DNA from: Trichinella spiralis
Lineage: Eukaryota
Length of the DNA stretch: 64,000 bases
Direction of reading: 5' to 3'
Assembly (NCBI RefSeq): GCF_000181795.1
Contig: NW_003526943.1
Span: 6,007,806-6,071,805 of the forward strand
Both the position numbers and the translations under genes were made by a program. Below, piece after piece: positions 17,830-30,661 of the stretch. The first letter of the stretch is position 1; each line of letters starts with the position of its first letter. The notes under the pieces were generated by a model. That model worked only from the letters and a program-made list of their open reading frames with translations, was not told where the DNA came from and ran no database searches.

Positions 17830-18070
17830 CCTCTCAAATGATATATTCAACGTCTGTGTATGACTAATTTAATGTAAATTTATGCAATTTATCCAAGAAA
17901 TCAAACAACGCGTGCATACATTTGTGTACAACATTTCCATGTATTTTATGTCAGTGCGTACACGTGTACATATCTATATCTATATATATATACATATATA
18001 CTTCTTTTTGTATATACATATTTATTTGTATGCAAAACAGAGAAAAAACAAAAATTCACATCATAATCAT

Positions 18071-21000
18071 TCAGTTGCGACTACGCTTACGGTCATTATG
18101 AAAAGATGACGATCTCCTCCGATGCGATTTACATTTCTGCTTGTAATTTAAACTTGGAGAACGATGTCGTCTAGATTCACGTCCTGCATCCTTCTTCACA
18201 TGTTGTGCAGTTGCTTTTTCTTTATTATAATGACCGCACTTTTCCTTTCTCCTGTGATCATCACTTTTCTGTTGCTTTTCTCGAAAACGTTTATGCTTGC
18301 TTTTAGCTGTAATAAGAGAACAAAAACATAAATAAATAAATACATATATACATATATGTTAATGGTCAAAATTTCCATTCTTTACCATTGTAAGAATCTG
18401 ATTCCGAGGTCGAAGAGGAAGAATTACTGGCAGCTGAATCTGAGTCAACAGCAACTTCTTGACGTTTCTTCTTTCGAGCAAGCTTTTTGCTTTTCGACTT
18501 TTTCGAATAGTTGAAAAATTTGCTATAACAAAAAGAAATCATTGACAAAAAAAATACATCATATTAAACGACAAAAGTGAAATGTGCATTTTCGTCAAAA
18601 TTCGCCAATTATTAATGAAAGTAGAAAATCGGATAACCAACTGAATATCGAACAATAAATTACACTGTCACTGATAAATAAACATTTGAAATGTACTGAA
18701 AATTACAATTATCCACTGAATTGTATATTATAAAAAACAAAATGCAAATTCTCTACACCCCGCATCCAGTATAAAACAGTGTAACAACAACATTTCGACA
18801 TTGCAGCAGCATGTGCAAAGTTGACCCAACAGCGAAGACAACTGCAAACTGCTCGTAAGCAAATGTTCTCACTATTCAAATTTTGCAAGAGAAAACAAAC
18901 AAACAACGCGCTCCAGTGTTGTTTGTATCACTTTTCAACAGCACCATAGTGGCTGGATACACACAACAGTGCAACAAATATCGCGACCAGAAGCGGAACA
19001 AATGAAGATGGATGTGCATCGTCCGAGTAAAGTTTACTCTGCTGTGAGAGTGGTGAATGAATCGAATGGAAAATGCAAAACCTCCAGCCGCCCAGGCTGT
19101 AACAAATAGATATATATATATGGCGATGCAAGCCGCCGGCACGGCAATTGCGACGCTGCTTTTGATGTCGTTCAAATCTTTCGGCTTGCAATCAACACAA
19201 ACAACACGCTGGTGCGTGGTCGATTCGCCGGCAAATCGACAATTGTGTTCTGAAATGGTGGACGATTTGGCCAAGGCGATGAACAGTGGCGGCAAAATTG
19301 AATGCGTGTTCGGCAAGCACCGCGTGGACTGCATGCGCCAAGTTGAAGCCGGCCTGGCCGACTGCATCAATTTGCAAGCCGAGGAAATTTACGCCGCCGG
19401 TCGGTATTTGGAATTGCGCCCGACTTTGGCCGAACGTTGGCTTGGGGACGAATTCGCCGAACGGTCGTTCGCCGTGGTGCGCCGACGGTCGACGGGCCAC
19501 GTTCCAAGCGTGCACCGCTGGCTGAAGCGGCTCGAAAACAAGCGCCTCTGCTTGCCGGCACTGGCTGAACCCAACATCCACTACCAGGCGCTGGCGAACG
19601 TGCTTCTGCCGTTGGGCGTGGTCCGACAAGAGCGAATCCACTGCCAGTCGACGGCCCAGACTTTGGCCGACTTTTTCGGTCCGTCGTGCATGCCGGGCCA
19701 GTGGACCCGACCCAACGGCCAGAACGAACGGTTCACGGCCGACCACACCCAGTGTGCACTGTGCCACGACGACTGTTCCAAAGAGGACCAACATGCCGGC
19801 GAAGACGGTTCGCTGAGATGTTTGACGGAACGCGACGCCGACATCGCGTTCACCAGTCGACCGGCTCTGCTCCGGTGGATCACCTCCAACTCCAGCAATT
19901 CCACGTCGCCTACCACCACCGACGGTAGTCGTCGGTTCCAACTGCTCTGCTTGCACGGTCAACTGGCTGACTTGGAATCGACATCCTGCGCCTGGTTTGC
20001 CAGAAAAACCAACGCTATCGTCACCGCCCCTGTGGACAACAACAACAACAACAACAATCCAACAACGGTAAAAACAATTGTCGACATTTTCAATTTGTTC
20101 AAAAAATCCAAACCGAATTGGTTCCAACGACTGCTGTTCACCGGTGACCAAGTGTCCGAACTGATTCGACTCCAATACCACAGCACGTACGAACGTTATT
20201 TGGGCAAATTGTTCGTCCGTTCGTTTGAAAGCCCATTTCCAGAACAGATTTGCCCCAAGTGGAACGTGAAATTTTGCGTCGTTGGCCAGGAAAAGATGCG
20301 CAAATGCGTGGACATGGCGATCGCCTGGGCGAGCGTCAGGCTTAAGCCGACGATCGTATGCCAGTTGGCCAACCACAGACAACAATGTCTGGCACGAATC
20401 CGATCCGCCCAAAGTGACGCAACGCTTGTCGCCACGCCCGAAGCGATCCAAGCGCAGACGTTCGACGACGTCGTACCGGTGGCGATGGAAGTGAGCGCCG
20501 ACGATTCGATGGCTTCGTACGTGCTGGCCGTGGTGGCCAAACGGAAATCCAATTCCGCGTTCAAGCATCGTCGACAACTATTCCACAATGCCAACGTCTG
20601 TTTCGACAACGACCAAACCAAAGCGATCGTGATGGTGTCGCTCGAATTGGACGGCATGGTCGAAATGCGCCAGTGTCAATTTCAACAAGCAGCTGAAGAT
20701 TTCTTCTTCAATACAAAGTCGATCTGCACAAATACCATTGTTCGACGAGAAAACAGTTTGTGCAAATTATGCAGAAATTTCAACTCGTACAATTTCTTTT
20801 GGAAATTCCATGCAGCTGACGTTTCAAATTATGCAGCAAAATCCGAAGCTGACATTGCATTCTTACACCTGACCGTTGATCAAATTCAAAAATTACAACA
20901 CGGATCGAATTTCCTAAATCTCCTTTGTCCAAATGGTCAACGTAAACCAATCAACGACTATTCCAAATGCAACTGGCTCGAAACCCCAAATTCTGTGATC

Positions 21001-22940
21001 GTCACTTCCAGTGTTCATCAAGATTCGACCAGCAGGAGGCAAATCACTGAACTATTTGTCCACGGTCAACAGTATTATGCGATCAAATCTAACGACAAAT
21101 TTTCCATCTTCCCCACCGCTAATGACCTTAGTTCAATATTTAACAAAAAAACAATAAGCTTGAAAGCGATACTGCCAGAAGAGGAAAATGAACCGAATCA
21201 ATTTGGAGCAAAAGTATACGGTGCTCGAACATATCGCGTTTACCAAAAGCTCAGCATATGTTCGGCAGCACCGAAACATCAACTCTGCATATTGCTATTT
21301 CTGTGCATGCACTATTTGTCAAATGTTAAATTATTTTTTCAACATACTTGAATATTTTACTTCGTTCTTTTTCGGTCAAAGACTGAAGAAATGCAAACAT
21401 CAACTGCTCCTCCGTTATTTTAGGCATTTCTGAATTTTCAATTTTCTTGCCCATTTTCTACAAAAAATTCTACCGTTAACAATTTCAGTATATATATAGA
21501 TATATAGGTAAATTGTTTATTCAAAAAAATCTAACATTATAAATAAAAATTTTTTTAAGTATACCATTACTCTTCATTTTTTACCAAACTCACCTCAATG
21601 GCAATATCAGCACGGACATCATCAACAATATGCCGTTTCAATGTAAGACCATACTCAGAATGCATGTCACTCAGCAATTCATTTGTATGCTCCAATTCTA
21701 AAAAAAGTTGAAAAGTCAAAAATGACAATTTTTTATATTGCACAACAGTTCATATTGCTGTTAATAAAAATCAAATAGAAAACATACGATCATTGTCTCC
21801 AGTTGTGTCAGGTTGTTTCTCTACAAAGTGCTTTGTGGTGTTCATCTGTGCCGATGTTCCAGCATTCGATCTTGCAAGTTTGATCAAATCAGACGGATTT
21901 GTACAATCTAAAAAACAACCCTTTAAAATCCTTTTTCAAATACAATTTCCAATTATATTTTATCATTATACTCTCATATTTGAAAATATATACAATTAAA
22001 GCATATTATAATAAATCTAAAAGCATTAAGACAAGATATTTTTCACGTTAAGAACAAAAACTTGTTAAATAATTACACCCAGCGTCTTCAAAATTGCCAG
22101 ACATGTTGAACAATGGACATTCACGATCCGTATTGATGTGCCCCCATTTATGGCACTTCACACATCGAACGTTACGTACTTGAATGCCGAATGGCTGATC
22201 ACGTATCGTATCGTCTCCTTTAGCCCAACTAAGAAAAAAAATACATGTTATTAATAAGCAAACGGGAACATAATTACATACGATTCTCGGGGAGCATTAT
22301 ATTTTCGCTGCCATTCAAATTTTGGTTCCAAATCTGGATGTAATTCTTTTTCTTCAGCTTTTACACCAGCCGGTGCATCGTACATAAACGCCAATCCTAA
22401 ACGTGCTTTCTCGTCACCAAGGAGAGCTCTGAAAATTCACTCACTATATCATCAAGTAAAAAACGTACACCGTTTTAAACAATATTTATGTCAAAGTCAT
22501 GTAACATTTACACTACCAAATTCATCAAATCAAATCAATAGTTTCTGATAATTTTATAACCTTTCTTGTAAACAGTACTAAATAATAAACTTATTACTCA
22601 TCATATAATATATAAAAGCCAAATGCTAAAAAACTTATTTATAGTGGAAGTGAAAAGAATGGTTTGTTCGTTGATAACAAAATACGATATTAGAAATATG
22701 AATTAACAACAAAGCGGTAAAAAGCACAAGCGTAAATTGGAAAAAAAGATAGATAAATAAATACATTACTCACTTGTTATTTAAGATTTCTTGCTCTTTT
22801 TCATATTGTGCCCGTAATTCTTCCTGCTTCTTTTTCTCTGCAGCCAATTTTTGTTCAGCCATAAACACTTTTTTCAGATTCCATATGGCTGAAGGATGGA
22901 AGTCCTTCTTGGACATGTAATTATTGAAGCCTTTTCCCAT
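18071..22940 (-). CDS. CIR1: Corepressor interacting with RBPJ 1 (CIR1/cir-1), 8 exons
   Basis: [31 protein letters not shown]...[12 protein letters not shown] (Cir_N), [55 protein letters not shown] (zinc knuckle), [10 protein letters not shown] (exon ~21348-21457), then K/S/R-rich exons 18386-18522 and 18071-18306. Splice phases are consistent. Intron 6 spans 18523-21347. Confidence 0.93.
19057..21351 (+). CDS. Transferrin/melanotransferrin-like bilobal protein, intronless, nested antisense in CIR1 intron 6; probable signal peptide (start may be ATG 19120) and hydrophobic C-terminus
   Basis: 764-aa ORF with two transferrin-like lobes: RWCVV...C...IECV...[13 protein letters not shown]...[27 protein letters not shown]-x-x-GSLRCL...DIAF; LLCLHG...CAW; second lobe [14 protein letters not shown]...C...[32 protein letters not shown]. 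Confidence 0.85.
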   Translation: MNRMENAKPPAAQAVTNRYIYMAMQAAGTAIATLLLMSFKSFGLQSTQTTRWCVVDSPANRQLCSEMVDDLAKAMNSGGKIECVFGKHRVDCMRQVEAGLADCINLQAEEIYAAGRYLELRPTLAERWLGDEFAERSFAVVRRRSTGHVPSVHRWLKRLENKRLCLPALAEPNIHYQALANVLLPLGVVRQERIHCQSTAQTLADFFGPSCMPGQWTRPNGQNERFTADHTQCALCHDDCSKEDQHAGEDGSLRCLTERDADIAFTSRPALLRWITSNSSNSTSPTTTDGSRRFQLLCLHGQLADLESTSCAWFARKTNAIVTAPVDNNNNNNNPTTVKTIVDIFNLFKKSKPNWFQRLLFTGDQVSELIRLQYHSTYERYLGKLFVRSFESPFPEQICPKWNVKFCVVGQEKMRKCVDMAIAWASVRLKPTIVCQLANHRQQCLARIRSAQSDATLVATPEAIQAQTFDDVVPVAMEVSADDSMASYVLAVVAKRKSNSAFKHRRQLFHNANVCFDNDQTKAIVMVSLELDGMVEMRQCQFQQAAEDFFFNTKSICTNTIVRRENSLCKLCRNFNSYNFFWKFHAADVSNYAAKSEADIAFLHLTVDQIQKLQHGSNFLNLLCPNGQRKPINDYSKCNWLETPNSVIVTSSVHQDSTSRRQITELFVHGQQYYAIKSNDKFSIFPTANDLSSIFNKKTISLKAILPEEENEPNQFGAKVYGARTYRVYQKLSICSAAPKHQLCILLFLCMHYLSNVKLFFQHT
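20038..20058 (+). repeat. (AAC)n microsatellite encoding poly-Asn in the transferrin-like ORF
   Basis: aacaacaacaacaacaacaat, translated as 7 consecutive N. Confidence 0.85.
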
Positions 22941-24178
22941 TTTTTCAATTTAACTTGCTATATTTGAAATAACAAAAAATCGCAGCTGCTACTCAGTAGT
23001 TGTTATTGAAACTACAGTAGTACAACAGTAATTTGATTCAAAAGTACATAAAAATTTATAGCAATAAGCTTCTGAATTAATAAATAATATGAAACCAAAT
23101 TAATCACCATAAATGAATGTATTCATATATACAAATTATTAAAACGCATCAAGTGAACTTTTATGATTATCATAATAACAATTTGACCATTGACCAATTG
23201 CATGGAGACTTCACCATTTTCAACACTTTATTTATTCAACATTAATCATTTAAACCATATAAATTACTTATAGCATGAAATAATTATTAAATGAATAAAT
23301 TTATATATGAATAATACTTTGTGGAATAATATTTTTTAACTAATAATGTTTGAATACTATTTCTTTGACTATCACTCCGTTATTTTATATTTTATGCAAC
23401 ATACTGTCTTTGAAAGTCATTATTAATGTTTTAGGGTTTATAATTAATATGAATTGCTGCTTCTATAATTTGTAATTTTATGATTAGTCATTAAAATTGT
23501 TAAGCTTGATTGTCAATATTACAGTACTTGATTAATTTGGAATGGTTGCCAACAATTGTTATTATGCAGGTTGTGTGGGTGGAATTAGTTGAGGATATTT
23601 TTCTATTATTTTTTTAAAACAGAGTTTTCGCTTATTGTTAATCATTGAAATTGCAAGTGATATTTGCAGCACTGGAGGTTGGAAACGTGACGTCACAGTA
23701 AGAAGGAAGTTTGAAAAGTTTATTGCAGTTTGGAAACGCAAATGCATGACGCGGTTTGAGCATTTTAAATTTTTGTTATTTTTGCAGAAAAAATTACAAG
23801 ATGGCTTGATATTCTTAAGCATATGATAATTCGGCTTTGCTTTGCTTCAACAGTTTTTGACCTAGTTGTTTTTTCACCTTACATTAATTCTTAGGCTTGT
23901 ATTTGCAGTGCCTTTATTTTTTTTCTATGATGAAGTGAAATTGCTTTGGAATGCACTTTTTTATTGCACTGTTTTGCAATTATCCATCTTTTGCAATTAT
24001 TTTATTTTGTAAAATGCCTATTTTCATATCAACTTCCTTGTACAGGGTGTCGATTGGCTGTTTTGCTGTTACGCATAGCAAATTCTTGTTGCGTCATAAA
24101 GTTCAACAATCAGAAAATATGGATTTGATGATATTCGTACTTTCAGATTAGAACCCACATTCCTAGTTGTTGAATTAT

Positions 24179-26502
24179 ATGGATAATTTGATGGTCGCCA
24201 AAGCTGACCCGTCCTCTATCAAAGATTCGGTAATGGCTTTACTTGTTAATTGCTTTTGTTTATTTATTTATTTACTTTCATTTAGAATTTATTTACGCCT
24301 TATAACAAACGGTTGAAAATATTGAAGTCATGGCGAAACCATGGAAAATTTAATCCTAGAGATTACAGTCGTTTTCTTGTTGACAGGTATGTGCTCCTGC
24401 ACAACGCATTGTTTGATCAATTGTTTTGTTCCACTCATGCAATAAATATTGCACTGCAGGTTAGGCAACGAGTATGATTTAGCGAAATCCGGGTTGAGTG
24501 CTTTAAGAGCTTTGATTCAAGTGAACATCAACGCCGAGTTGAAAGGCATCATACAACGATACGCTGAGGTATTGCATGTTTTTTGCCGATGAAATAGAAA
24601 AAAGTTACTTTTTGTTTCACATGTGCTAATGTTTCATGTATATAATTAATAATTGTCTATTGAGTTTTGAATTTTGAGCACAGAGAAGAATGTTGTAGTT
24701 TATCGTGAAGAACAGCAATTTAATTGCTTAATTGTTTTCGGTTTAAATTGTCCAATCGATCGAAGCGTTTTCAGCTTTACTTCCGTTTACTTGTTTCAAG
24801 TTATGATTTGCAGCTAAATGATTCCTTGGATATATATTTTTTACATTCTTGTTTCATTTAATTGAACTTGATTTTGCATTTTTGGGTTTATCAGAAAGAA
24901 AATTAAATATGTCAATACCAGTGATTAAGTAAGTTGGAATGTGGCATTATCTTTTTCCAAGCAGAATGTACGCCACTGTTAACTACTGACTGTTGTTTAA
25001 CTTGGATGATAGCGTTTTAACTGCAGCATGAATTTAGAAGTACTTTGCGCCTGCGATTCGGAATATTTCTGGAAATATGGAAGGCATTTCTAGTGAACGT
25101 CTTTTGCATGGAATATGCCGTGAAGTATTGGAAGAGGTATTCAATAATAATTTATGTTAATTTAAGATCACTGTTTGAAGTATTATTTACCATCATTGTT
25201 TGTACTATTTGAAATTATCACTGTTCTTTTTGCAAAGAAAATAGTCAATTTTTAGGCTAAGCATTTGTATCCGGCGGTGACGGCGGAAAAATTGGCGACC
25301 AACGAGAAAGGCACGAGGTTTTTCAATTTGAACCAGGTAGTGCAGTGCAAAGACATTTTTATTTGTTGCATTGTAGTTTAAGTCAGACAAATCACTGTTG
25401 AAGTGTTTAGCGAAGGTCACTGAAGAGCTTTTGATGAATTATTTGAATATATATGTTTCATTTGCAATTTATTTGTAATATTTTGAATAAATTTTCAGAT
25501 TCATCGTGGTCATTTGAAGCATTTGTTCGTTGAAGCGAATTCTGAAGATGGCTCATCGTCGGACAGTTTGGAGGTGGAGTCGGTAGGTGGTGAACAAGTA
25601 AATTGTTCATTTATTTGTGATTTAATAATCGTTGATTTAAGATGTACGAGTTTCATCCCCGTACAGTAACTCCAATTGCTGGATAGTATGTGTTCAAGAA
25701 AAGCAGAAATATTTTTTAAATTTAAATAATATCTATCTTTCATCTATTTGAATTTATTTTTTTTTTTAAATTTTTCAGCTACAACAGCAAACGTATGAAG
25801 CCCAGTGACAGCAAGCATTTTGTTGAAAAGGTGATGCGTGCGATTGATTTTAAATTCATGTCACGTTGTGTGCAAGTCTATTTTACAATTTGTTCAGATG
25901 AATCCGGATCGTCTGGTTGATGAATCGCTATTTGTTCTTGGAACAGCAGCGAACATGTATGTCACTTTTTTTAATTTAAAATATTTCCATTAATTCTTCA
26001 TTTCATGCTAGTGCTCTTGGGTATTCCGGTCAACGTGGACGTATTTACAGCAAATTTCCATGGCTGTTTAAGGTTTGCATTGTTTTGTTTTCATATTTCA
26101 TTTCGAATTGCTTATTTTTTTTCTCTTGTAATAACAGTACATCGGTGATAGTGAAGATAGACTTTGGTTGGTGAATTGCAAATTGCGAAGAAAAGCGAAC
26201 GGTGGTAAAGTGATCTTCATCCTTTTGGAAGATTTGCTGGAAATTGTATCATTGCCAGAATTTAGGTAAGATGAAACAAATGCATATACAAATTGGCTAG
26301 CAGCTATTTAATTGGTTGTGGTGGTGGTGGTGGTTCGCTTCAGCTGCCTTTTCATCCAATTTTGATATTCTTGTTTAGCGTTGAATGCAAAACTGCCGTT
26401 CGACAATTGGAAAGTTTCTGCGTTCCATCATGGTTGCTTGAGAAGATGAAGCACCAGATGGCTGAGATGAAGGCATTGGACGGCCCGATCCCGGCGACAT
26501 GA
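24179..26502 (+). CDS. DNTTIP1: Deoxynucleotidyltransferase terminal-interacting protein 1 (MiDAC subunit; saeg-2 ortholog), multi-exon
   Basis: Spliced product has the dimerisation region LSALRALIQVNINAELKGIIQRYAE/KYFAPAIRNI...ICREVLEE/AKHLY and the C-terminal domain PDRLVDESLFVLGTAAN..LGYSGQRGRIYSKFPWLFK/YIGDSEDRLWL...FCVPSWLLEKMK. Start is ATG 24179 or 24191. Confidence 0.88.
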
Positions 26503-26802
26503 TGATTTAGTAGTGATTTAAGTTGAAGTCTTCGAGCATTTAAAAATAAATGATGAATGAACGAAACAATTCGCAATTTATATTTTAAAAAATGTAATAT
26601 GCGGATTCAGAATTCGATCAAAAAAATTCATCAAAGTGAACTAACTGGCAGTAATTTTTCGCTATAAAAGCAAACAATATCGTTTGGTTGAAATACAACA
26701 ATGCAATTATAATAGGAGTTGTACATAATGTTTGCATCAGCAATGTTCGTTCGATAATATGTCGAATGTCGGGGAAAAAGTTCGTCAATATCAATTGTGG
26801 TA

Positions 26803-29800
26803 TCACTTTGGTGGTATAATTTTTTCCATCAGATTATCCAATTCACACAACTTCTCTCTAAAATGAAAATGTAAATAATGTATACCGTATTTAAAAAAAG
26901 AAAATATTATTTCAAGCTACTTTAATGTTTCAGCTAAAACAGATCGCGATGCCGCAGGCGTATCCATAGACGTCGATGTGACCCCTTTCACCAATGATTC
27001 ACATAAACTTTCTTCATTCTTCTCAGATGCAGGCTCCAATGCTTCAATAGTAAGCTGAAACAATGAAAAAATGATTTAATTTTATTTCATTTTAATAAAA
27101 ATAAATTTAATTCAGCAATTATTATTATCATTATTGTTCGTTGTAGAATAAAAATTCCACACCGACAATGTTCGTTCAACAGAATGAATGAATGATAATT
27201 ATTCGTGAAATCAATGTTACAAAACTATTTACGATGGTGAATATTTTGAAAATGAGAAACCTGAAGTTGGCCAGGAGATCCGGCTCTCAAGTCAATAATG
27301 TCAAACCACCAAGTAGAACGAATCGACGAAGACATCACCACTTGGGCAACGTCGACACTGACAGCGCCCAAGAGAAGTTCGCTCTGTTCATCTGACGATG
27401 ATTTGTGCCATATGTGAAAAACAATTGTCTAAAATTAATGAAAATAGAATTTCAACAAATTAATAAATATGAAAAATTACTCGCTGTTCAGGCATCAATT
27501 TCAACTTGGTCTTCCAATCCCAACGTGGATGAAAGGATGCAGGCGCAACTTCAGATTTGATCATTCGATTATCAATTCTGTAAGATACAAAAGCACTTGG
27601 AGGTTGCATGTGTTGCCTGAAAGAAAAAATATTACCACGGTGCTTTTACCCTGTTTACCTTTATACCCTTCATCCCCATTGCTACTAACGGCCGGCAAAT
27701 ATCTCGCCTGATGAACAATCAGTCGTAAAAACATTGGGCACTGACGTCCCTGAATTGGCGATTTCCATGCAGCCCACTTCGAACGTTGTGCGTTGGCTTG
27801 AATTTTCTGATTAAATTTGCTACCAGTCCTACTGTAGTGCTGATCGTAAGTTAAATCAAGTACAGTTTCCGTTTGTACGCCAACGGAACGTGATTTAGCT
27901 GAAATGGGAATGTTAGCGAATGCTCGCCGTTTCAGCAAATTATCCACATGGCATTCAACGCATTCAGTGCTAACTGAATGGCCCGACTGAACGGCCTCGA
28001 CGCCTGCATCGCTCAGAGGGCTTTGCAAAGGCTGCAGATGACTTCGATCGAATCGAATCTCGTCATACTGGTCCGACAACAGTGATTCTTCATTTGGCAC
28101 ATCTAACGGCAAAGTTAGATCTCTTCTCCCAACGATGTGTCTTTCGACGAATGGGGAAAATGAACTTCCGTCATTAGCCGTGCCAGATTTTCTGCCCCTG
28201 CTTCTTTCGGCTGCTTTTAACTGTCTATTTACGGCCCCAACTCCAACTCCAGCTACTGCTGGTTTCGTCGTTGTCAAGGTGTCCAAAAAAGACATGGACT
28301 TCAATTTCATTGTAGTCGGATTGCGCAACGGTTCAACTCGCTCAGTGAAAGATGCATGACGCGAACCGATCAACACGGTCACCTGGCAATAAATCACAGG
28401 TGGATGCTATGGGAGCAGATGCAGTATTCAAAAATGCTTACTTTGAGAATACCAGATGCAGAACCGAAACAATGCATTTCCAACGGCAAGCTGGCTTCAA
28501 CTGCAAAAGGCAAAACAAGTAACTTGCACAATGGAAAGGAACACTTTGCAATCAATGATTCCTGAAAAATGTATCCATATGCATCAATTTTCATTGTTAA
28601 ACTGAAATTCATTTCATAAACTTGAATTACCTGCTTTCTGGAACTTTTGTAATAAATGCAAAATGACAAGTAACTTTCAGCCCAATGCTGAAGCAATGCT
28701 GGAGATACAATCAACAAAGAAACGTGTCGATGATTAAATCCGACAACTAAAATTAACTTTTAATTAAGTAAAAAAAACTATTAATAATGTTACAAAGCAT
28801 ACCCGAAGGAAGTATTTCACGGGAACGGGCAGTTATGATCTTATCATATGCTCTGTCAGAATTCTTTTCAAACAGTGGCACACTATATCGCACCGCAAAC
28901 GATCTGTATGTTTAATTTCAAAATTAAAATACTGACATCTGGTCTCATAATAAACAAATTTTGCGAACGTTGTTCAATTAAAAAAAGGAATTTTTCTGAA
29001 CATTTTTTGTTTAAAATAATTTTCATATGATTCAAATGAAAATTCTATTCGTTAACATACATATACATTTTAACTTTCTTGTTCAAATTTATATAATGTA
29101 TTTCCAAAATTTAAAATTATTATTATAAATCGGTTCAATTAAACAACAAAAACAACCAAAATTCACTCAGTAATCAGTGTTGGAAAAATTTTACTCATTT
29201 ATTTGTGGGACCCCATAAAAACAATATATATTAATAAAACAGACTGTTATCATTAGTGGGTTATTTGCAAAAATTTACCCGTTACAATGACTGCGACGCC
29301 TGAAATCGTCCATGAAAAAATCGGGTATTTTTCGCCATATAAGTTCGTCAATAAAAACACGAATAAAAGTTGCTTGATTCAACAGCTGCAATGTTTCGTC
29401 AACAAGGCTAGCATCAGTTGTATTAGCTAAAATATTCGCGCGCTTTCATTTGCAATATTTGAAAAAAAAATACACAATAAAATTAATATTTTCAAAAATT
29501 CTGAAATGATAATGACAATCACATATACAACAGCTTAAAAGTGAACTAAATTTACAATTTTATAAACAAAAATATTCAGCAAAAGAATCATTTTCTTCAT
29601 TTATAAAAGAAATTTATATTATAATGTAACAGTGCAAAAATCAACACAAATAACAAATAAAATTACCCATGCTTATATTCTTTCCCGCTTGCTGCGTATT
29701 CAACAGCCCAAACTCATCTTTTCCATCGTCAAAACTGACATGTTTGTCATGCTCATGCGGGTAATTGGCGTCGTGCAAATAATTGTCGTCGTTACTCCTG

Positions 29801-29975
29801 CAGAATAAAGTAAAAAAAATCAACATTATCCACATTGCAGAGTATCAGAAACTAACTGTTGTCGCATGTCCAACTCGTCCAACTGCGATATTTCGAGACT
29901 GTTGAGAGAATTCAACAACTGACTGAGATATTTTAATTTTGATAAAAGAGGCGTCACAAAATTTTCATCTTCCAT
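26803..29975 (-). CDS. C2CD3: Compact C2CD3-like (SAS-1-like) centriolar C2-domain protein, multi-exon
   Basis: N-terminal C2-like block LVDETLQLLNQATFIRVFIDE...SPALLQHWAESYLSFCIYYK; C-terminal C2 FLRLIVHQARYLP...PPSAFVSY...SFHPRWDW/TIVFHIWHK...LLLGAVSVDVAQVV...WFDIIDLRAGSPGQLQ; terminal helix SVLAETLKEKLCELDNL. All resemble C2CD3 segments as recalled. Confidence 0.7.
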
Positions 29976-30661
29976 TAAAAAAGCTTTGAATTAATTCAAA
30001 AAATGAGTTTTCCTTTTCAAAAAATGCGCAAACGAACAACGTTTCAACTGATAACGCATAAATATTGAAAAGATAAAAGTAAGCAATAAATTCGCCAATG
30101 TACAAAACTGATCATAGAATGATAAACAAATAAACAAAATTATACCAGTAGGTAAGGTGAAAATGACAAAACTCTACCTATTTGCGCCGTTCAAGAACAT
30201 GACAAGGCTTTGTTTTTTGAAAAGTAACGGTAGGTTTTTCAAAATCATTTACTGTATTCTATAATTGATAAGCAGGAAAAAATTTTTGTAAATTTTCAAA
30301 ATTTTCATAAGAATCGTAAAAATTGATAAAAATGTTTTTAAATGTTTAATTTAAATAAATATAAAACGTTTTTAATGATATATTTAATAATAAGCTTCAT
30401 CGTTAGCGTGAAATTTTTGAAAAAAAACGATTTTTTAAAATGTACTGTATAACTTAAATTCATCATATATTATTGATAATTTTAATTTTTTATTAATTAA
30501 AATTTAAAAAAATATTATAATTTCAAGCTCTGTTTTAATTTGTTTCAGTAACATGAACTTGATTTTTTCTACAGTACAATATTGAATTGCCGTTTTGTTG
30601 TTTCACCGTCAATTGATGAATAATCAGTTTTTGCGAATTGGTAATTGTTTCCGCCGGTAAG

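Noticed and set aside
19192..20577. 461-aa minus-strand ORF antisense to the transferrin-like gene
   Set aside because: Shadow ORF in GC-rich DNA with no recognisable motifs; CIR1 splices across it in frame without it.
19057..21351. Host contamination or recent horizontal transfer of a vertebrate transferrin
   Set aside because: The protein is far too diverged from vertebrate transferrins, is interlocked with the CIR1 splice site, and has codon style like neighbouring native genes.
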